Source of the DNA: an uncultured virus (IMG/VR IMGVR_UViG_3300027985_001690)
Taxonomy: Duplodnaviria > Heunggongvirae > Uroviricota > Caudoviricetes
Strand: one strand, 5' to 3'
IMG/VR virus record: IMGVR_UViG_3300027985_001690
DNA length: 64,000 bases
The notes under the pieces are model-generated. The model was not told where the DNA came from and did no database searches. It saw nothing but the letters and a program-made list of their open reading frames with translations. This document shows positions 59,517-64,000 of the stretch, piece after piece; position 1 is the first letter of the stretch, and each line of letters opens with the position of its first letter. The position numbers were made by a program, and so were the translations under genes.

Positions 59517-62500
59517 ATGAATTTGGTTGACTTGGGACAGTTCACGCGGGTTGGAGTTCAGCAGGCTCTCAACTCGTTGGTCAAGCTGATCACCGGCGTG
59601 GAGTTTCGATCGAAGGTCTCCGGAAACGACACGTCCCCGAACTACCTCGAGTCGAAGGTGGTGTCCGGCAACGGAGTGAATGCCGTCGTCGAGAATGAGG
59701 GTGCGAACGAGGACCTTCGCCTCGATGTGAATCCGGACGCCGACGGAAGCATTGCGGTGGGCGCCGGCGGCGTAGCGGTGGGCGTGCTCGCCACCGACGC
59801 TCAGCACGGGGTCCGCGGTGGAGACACACAGCACGCCGTGGCGACACCCTTTCTGGCCGGGTTCATGTCTGCCTCGGACAAGGCGAAGCTCGACTGGCTT
59901 GGATCGATCGAGCGTGTCCTTGTGGTTGGGCTGTCCGGCCAGGTCGACTACACCGACGTCAAGTCTGCGGTCGATGCCGCAACGTTGGGCGGCGCGACAG
60001 CGGCCACACCCTGGTTGATCTGGGTGTCCCCCGGAACGTACAACGAGGATCCGATCACGATCCAGGACGGAATCGTGCTGGTCGCCCAGGACTCGTCTGC
60101 GTTCGTGGTCGCGAACAACCCCGCCGCCGACTTGTTCACGTGCAACGGCGGATACGTCGAAGGCCTTCACTTGTCCGGAGTCACAGACGCGGCCCGGTGC
60201 CTGGTCCGGTGCGGCACCGCGGACACGCTGACGATTTGGGAACGTCTCGCCGTAGGCCGCTGCAGCAACGGATGCATCGTGGAGAACGGCGCCAACCTCA
60301 TCCTTCGCCGACCACAGATCGTCATAAACGGTCCGAATGCATCGGTCACCACCGGCTTTACGTGCCTCGCCTCGAGCCAGCTGGCTATTTCCGGTGGAAT
60401 CATGGTGGCCACCGCCGCGAGCCTACCGTTCTACGCCCCCAACAACCCCATCCAGACATGCGTGTACGTGTCCGGAGGACGGGCCGACATCGACGGAGCA
60501 GCCTTCCGAATCGCGTACAACGATCTCACGTCGACGGCGGTTCTGGCTGACGAGGGCGCCCTAGTTTCGATGCTCTCATGCGGAATGGATGGATGCGCAA
60601 TCGGCGTACAGGTGGGCGCGAGCGGAGCAAACACTGCATTCCTCATTCATGGCGGACTGTGGAGCAACAACAACGTCAACGGGCATTGCGCCAGCTCCAC
60701 CGGCACCATCCAGGTCATGGCCGCGAGTGACGTCATAGGTTTCACGACTGTCGCAGGAGGTCGACTGGCAGGGGTTGTCCAGAACACGACCACCAAGCAG
60801 ACGCTCCTAGTCGGAGTCACCGACTATTTGTACCTAGGGACGGACAAGGAGCTCGCCCTAGGAGAGTACTTCCACGAGTTCGGGTCCACGGGCCTGTCAT
60901 ACGGTGGAGACGTCACCGATGCCGGGGGGCTATTCGTAAATGTGGATGCGGGCGCGGGCTACTGCTCGAGGATGGCGCCCGACCACGACATCGAGCACCA
61001 GGAATGGGACGCCTTCCTCGGCGTGGCGCTCACCGCCAACTCAACCAACTACGTGCACTACGACCCGGTGACGCACACCGTGATATCAACGGTGGCCCCC
61101 CCTGGCCCGGCGGAGATACTTCTGTCGACAGCGATCACGGATGGGGTTGGGATACGATTCCTACACAAGACTCGAAACGTCATCTATCAGCCGTCGACGA
61201 CGCTGCACAACTACCTGCTTACGACACGCAGGATCGCTTGGACCAGTGGTCTGGCGACGGCGGTGGGAAGCGGACCGCTGAAGCTGGATGTGAACGCTGG
61301 GACCTGGTACGTCGCCACCGAGCTCATCAGCGCCGCCGGCGGCGCAGACGTGACGTTCTCCTACTTCTACGGAGCCGGCGGAGCGACTGAGGTGCCTGGT
61401 CAGACCGATCTGTCCAACACCCAATACGACAACGCGGGTGTACTCGCCGCGATGACTCCCGGATGGTACCGGGCGGACACCGTTGTGATCACCAGCGACA
61501 ACCGAATCAGCATCTTCTACGGAACAGCTGAGTACGCCCTGCAGACGGACGCGGAGTCGACGACGAACAGGGCGCCCATCCCAGACTTCCTTTCTCCGAC
61601 CGGATGCTACACCGCTCTCGTGGTCGTTCAGCAGGGAGGAGCCATCGCGTCGATAGTCGACATCCGACCGAACCCGAACGCGGCTACAGCTGGAGGTGGT
61701 GGTGCGGCCACCAACGACCACTCCGCGCTGCTCAACCTCGGTGCCGATGACCACATCCAGTACCTGCTTGTGAACGGAACCCGGGCCATGTCCGGAAACC
61801 TGGACATGGGAGGGAACGACGTGGACAACGTCGGCCTGGTCGACGGGGTCGACGTGTCTGCGCACGCGTCCCGGCACAACCCGGGAGGCGCGGACGCGCT
61901 GGCGACCGCAATTCCTGTGGCCATCCAGGTAGGTGCTGCTCCCAGCGAGGGAGCGGGAGCTGCCTACGCGAAGGATACGCACCAGCACGGCATCGGGGTC
62001 GGCGCACCGTCCAGCGTTGGTACGTCGAACCAGACCGGAACGGCGTCTACGGTGTCCGCCTCGGACCACGTCCACGACCACGGCGCCCAAATAGAGCCAA
62101 CGCATCATGCGGTGGCGACGGGTGCCAACAACGGATTCATGTCGGCCACGGACAAGACCAAGTTGGATTTGCTCGCGGCGGCATCCGCATCGGACGCGGC
62201 TGGATCTGTGAACACAGCTTCTCTGGTCGACGTGCTCATGTCGGGAATGACCCAAACGCCCGTCGCCGGCACCTATGAGGTTTGGTTCGGCGCCGACGTA
62301 TCAAACAACACCGCGAACCAGTCCGTTTACGCAAACATCTACGTGGGAGGGGTGAAGGTAGCCGCGTCCGAGCGCCCGTTCTTCCGAGGGCCCGTGGCCG
62401 CTCGAGGATGTTTGACGTGCCTCGCCAGGGTCACGGTCACCGGCGTCGAAGCCATCGAAGGCAGGTGGAGGGTCAGCGGAGGGACAGGAGACGCGCTTGG

Positions 62501-62531
62501 CCGGCAGCTCCACGTGGTTCGCGTTCAGTAG
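59517..62531 (+). CDS. large virion structural/fibre-like protein with beta-helix-like region
   Basis: 1004 aa, Gly/Ala/Thr/Val-rich; GFMSA(S/T)DK.KLD repeated twice; DYTDVKSAVDAA..IWVSPGTYNE; DDHIQYL; HASRH..GGADAL. Confidence 0.75.
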   Translation: MNLVDLGQFTRVGVQQALNSLVKLITGVEFRSKVSGNDTSPNYLESKVVSGNGVNAVVENEGANEDLRLDVNPDADGSIAVGAGGVAVGVLATDAQHGVRGGDTQHAVATPFLAGFMSASDKAKLDWLGSIERVLVVGLSGQVDYTDVKSAVDAATLGGATAATPWLIWVSPGTYNEDPITIQDGIVLVAQDSSAFVVANNPAADLFTCNGGYVEGLHLSGVTDAARCLVRCGTADTLTIWERLAVGRCSNGCIVENGANLILRRPQIVINGPNASVTTGFTCLASSQLAISGGIMVATAASLPFYAPNNPIQTCVYVSGGRADIDGAAFRIAYNDLTSTAVLADEGALVSMLSCGMDGCAIGVQVGASGANTAFLIHGGLWSNNNVNGHCASSTGTIQVMAASDVIGFTTVAGGRLAGVVQNTTTKQTLLVGVTDYLYLGTDKELALGEYFHEFGSTGLSYGGDVTDAGGLFVNVDAGAGYCSRMAPDHDIEHQEWDAFLGVALTANSTNYVHYDPVTHTVISTVAPPGPAEILLSTAITDGVGIRFLHKTRNVIYQPSTTLHNYLLTTRRIAWTSGLATAVGSGPLKLDVNAGTWYVATELISAAGGADVTFSYFYGAGGATEVPGQTDLSNTQYDNAGVLAAMTPGWYRADTVVITSDNRISIFYGTAEYALQTDAESTTNRAPIPDFLSPTGCYTALVVVQQGGAIASIVDIRPNPNAATAGGGGAATNDHSALLNLGADDHIQYLLVNGTRAMSGNLDMGGNDVDNVGLVDGVDVSAHASRHNPGGADALATAIPVAIQVGAAPSEGAGAAYAKDTHQHGIGVGAPSSVGTSNQTGTASTVSASDHVHDHGAQIEPTHHAVATGANNGFMSATDKTKLDLLAAASASDAAGSVNTASLVDVLMSGMTQTPVAGTYEVWFGADVSNNTANQSVYANIYVGGVKVAASERPFFRGPVAARGCLTCLARVTVTGVEAIEGRWRVSGGTGDALGRQLHVVRVQ

Positions 62532-62695
62532 GTGTCAGAAACGGGTCTCGATCCACGTCTGGTGGGCATGACCACGTCGGACGAGTTCTTCCACTTCGGT
62601 ACGCCGGACGTGCCGGACTGCGGTCCGTTGGTGTGCCTGCTGCACGCGTGGCTGGACACGATGGGTGGATGCGATCGTATTCGCGGGTACGGGTA

Positions 62696-63436
62696 CTAGA
62701 GCCCGGGGTACCCAGGGCCCTTGGGAAGGTACCACTCGGCCTCCGGGTCGAACTCCAGGAGCCCCACCCGCACGACCCCCCACACTCTTCGCATGGGCGC
62801 GCCCGCGCTTTCGACCCACAGGCGCCCTTGGGCGTCCCGATGGAAGCTCCTGTTGGTCCTCTTGACCGGGCCTCGGCCACCATCGATTGTGACCATCGTT
62901 CCGTCCTTGGGGCCGATCTTCTCAACGAGTGTGGCGTGCCCGGGGGTTCCCCACTGCTGGATGATCTTGGACCGCTGCGGAGAGTCGTAGGGAACGTCGG
63001 TGCCGATGATGACGATGTCGCCCTCGTCGAAGTCCGAGTCGTGTCCGCCCCAGCACGGCTTGGGCCTGTTCTCGACAGGAATGTCCTCGGACGGCTTGTA
63101 GCTCCTTGCGATGACCTCGATCCGGGTGAACGCGTCGTTTCGTCCCCAGTACGGTGGCGCGAGAAGGTGGTGCCTGCAGCCCGCGCAGCGCATCCACCCG
63201 GCGACGGTGAGGGCGCACATCTCCTGGGATGCCGCCATCGTCCTCTGGTGCTTCACGGTGTCGCCCGGATAGCACAGGCCGAGGTAAATGCCCGATGCCG
63301 GCGAAAGCCCTACGCCAGACCGGGCGATCTGGACGAACGTCTTTCGGATGTCCTCTGGGCTCGAGCCCGCGAGGTACTGGCCTTGCGGCTCGAACCCAGG
63401 GGGCGGCCACCATTCAACGATTTGCTTGGATTCCAT
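62696..63436 (-). CDS. putative CHAP/NlpC-like amidase-fold protein
   Basis: MCALTVAGW (Cys), EGDIVIIG, GHATLVE (His), VTIDGG. Confidence 0.45.
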   Translation of the reverse strand: MESKQIVEWWPPPGFEPQGQYLAGSSPEDIRKTFVQIARSGVGLSPASGIYLGLCYPGDTVKHQRTMAASQEMCALTVAGWMRCAGCRHHLLAPPYWGRNDAFTRIEVIARSYKPSEDIPVENRPKPCWGGHDSDFDEGDIVIIGTDVPYDSPQRSKIIQQWGTPGHATLVEKIGPKDGTMVTIDGGRGPVKRTNRSFHRDAQGRLWVESAGAPMRRVWGVVRVGLLEFDPEAEWYLPKGPGYPGL

Positions 63437-63490
63437 GTGGTGTCTCCTGATGGAGATCTACCACGTCGAGGATGAATTCGCGATCAGGAA

Positions 63491-64000
63491 TCAGCCCGCT
63501 TCGAGAGACATCGAAAGGTCGGCGGCGAGCGCGCCGCTGGACACCACCTCGAACGATACTTCGTCGCCGGGGTTCACCAGAACGGCGTGAGTCACGTCGG
63601 ACTTCGTCACATCGGCGGGTCCGAACGTAACCGTCAGCGCAGTTGGAACGCCGTTCACATGCACCGTTACGATGACGGTGTCCGCTCCACCGGGGGCCGT
63701 ACCCAGCCTGCATTGTAGGTTGCGCGCGAAGCTTCGGTTTGTCACTACGATCGGAAGGTCGTCCGTCGCGCTCGAGGTGAAATCCGGCAACGCAAAAACC
63801 GTCACTGCGCCGATTGCGCCCTTGATGCCGGTGACGCGGGATCCGATGGCAGCCGTCTGGTAGTCGCCGTCGCCGATGCGAATGTCCCAGTGCGGATCGT
63901 AGACGGGCGTGTCGGTGTCGAGCTCGATGTCCAGGTTGCCAAGAGGCTGCAGACGAACGGTCTTCTCTGTGACCGTGTTATCCCTGTCGAAGACGGCTAG
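63491..64000 (-). CDS. structural-type protein, 5' end outside the window
   Basis: Minus-strand frame ending ..NLQCRLGTAPGGADTVIVTVHVNG..VNPGDEVSFEV. Confidence 0.5.
   Translation of the reverse strand, partial: LAVFDRDNTVTEKTVRLQPLGNLDIELDTDTPVYDPHWDIRIGDGDYQTAAIGSRVTGIKGAIGAVTVFALPDFTSSATDDLPIVVTNRSFARNLQCRLGTAPGGADTVIVTVHVNGVPTALTVTFGPADVTKSDVTHAVLVNPGDEVSFEVVSSGALAADLSMSLEAG

Overview
GC-rich segment of a large dsDNA bacteriophage (probably temperate) with densely packed, mostly hypothetical genes. No capsid, terminase, rRNA or tRNA gene is recognisable in the window. Main points: (1) A ~730-bp non-coding array (9480-10215) is built from GGCAGTCRT anchors separated by runs of GGN-NN-type pentamers. 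It lies directly upstream of a RAMP/Cas7-like gene (10237-10971) and a partner gene (11137-11796), making a candidate non-CRISPR RNA-guided system (VIPR-like). (2) A CRISPR array of about 22 repeats of 36 bp (14103-15536) abuts a truncated TnpB/Cas12 C-terminal fragment, a BRO antirepressor, a tyrosine recombinase and an Arr-like ADP-ribosyltransferase. (3) A 1696-aa multi-module protein is punctuated by 16 'NP' motifs and looks like a polyprotein. (4) There are RNA-repair genes (Thg1-like, Rnl1-like), a replication/DNA-modification block (initiator, DnaC-like loader, PAPS reductase, Dam-like and MT-A70 methylases, SF2 helicase), a 40-Asp protein, and many single-pass membrane and virion-like proteins. 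All functional calls come from motif recognition by eye; no database search was run.
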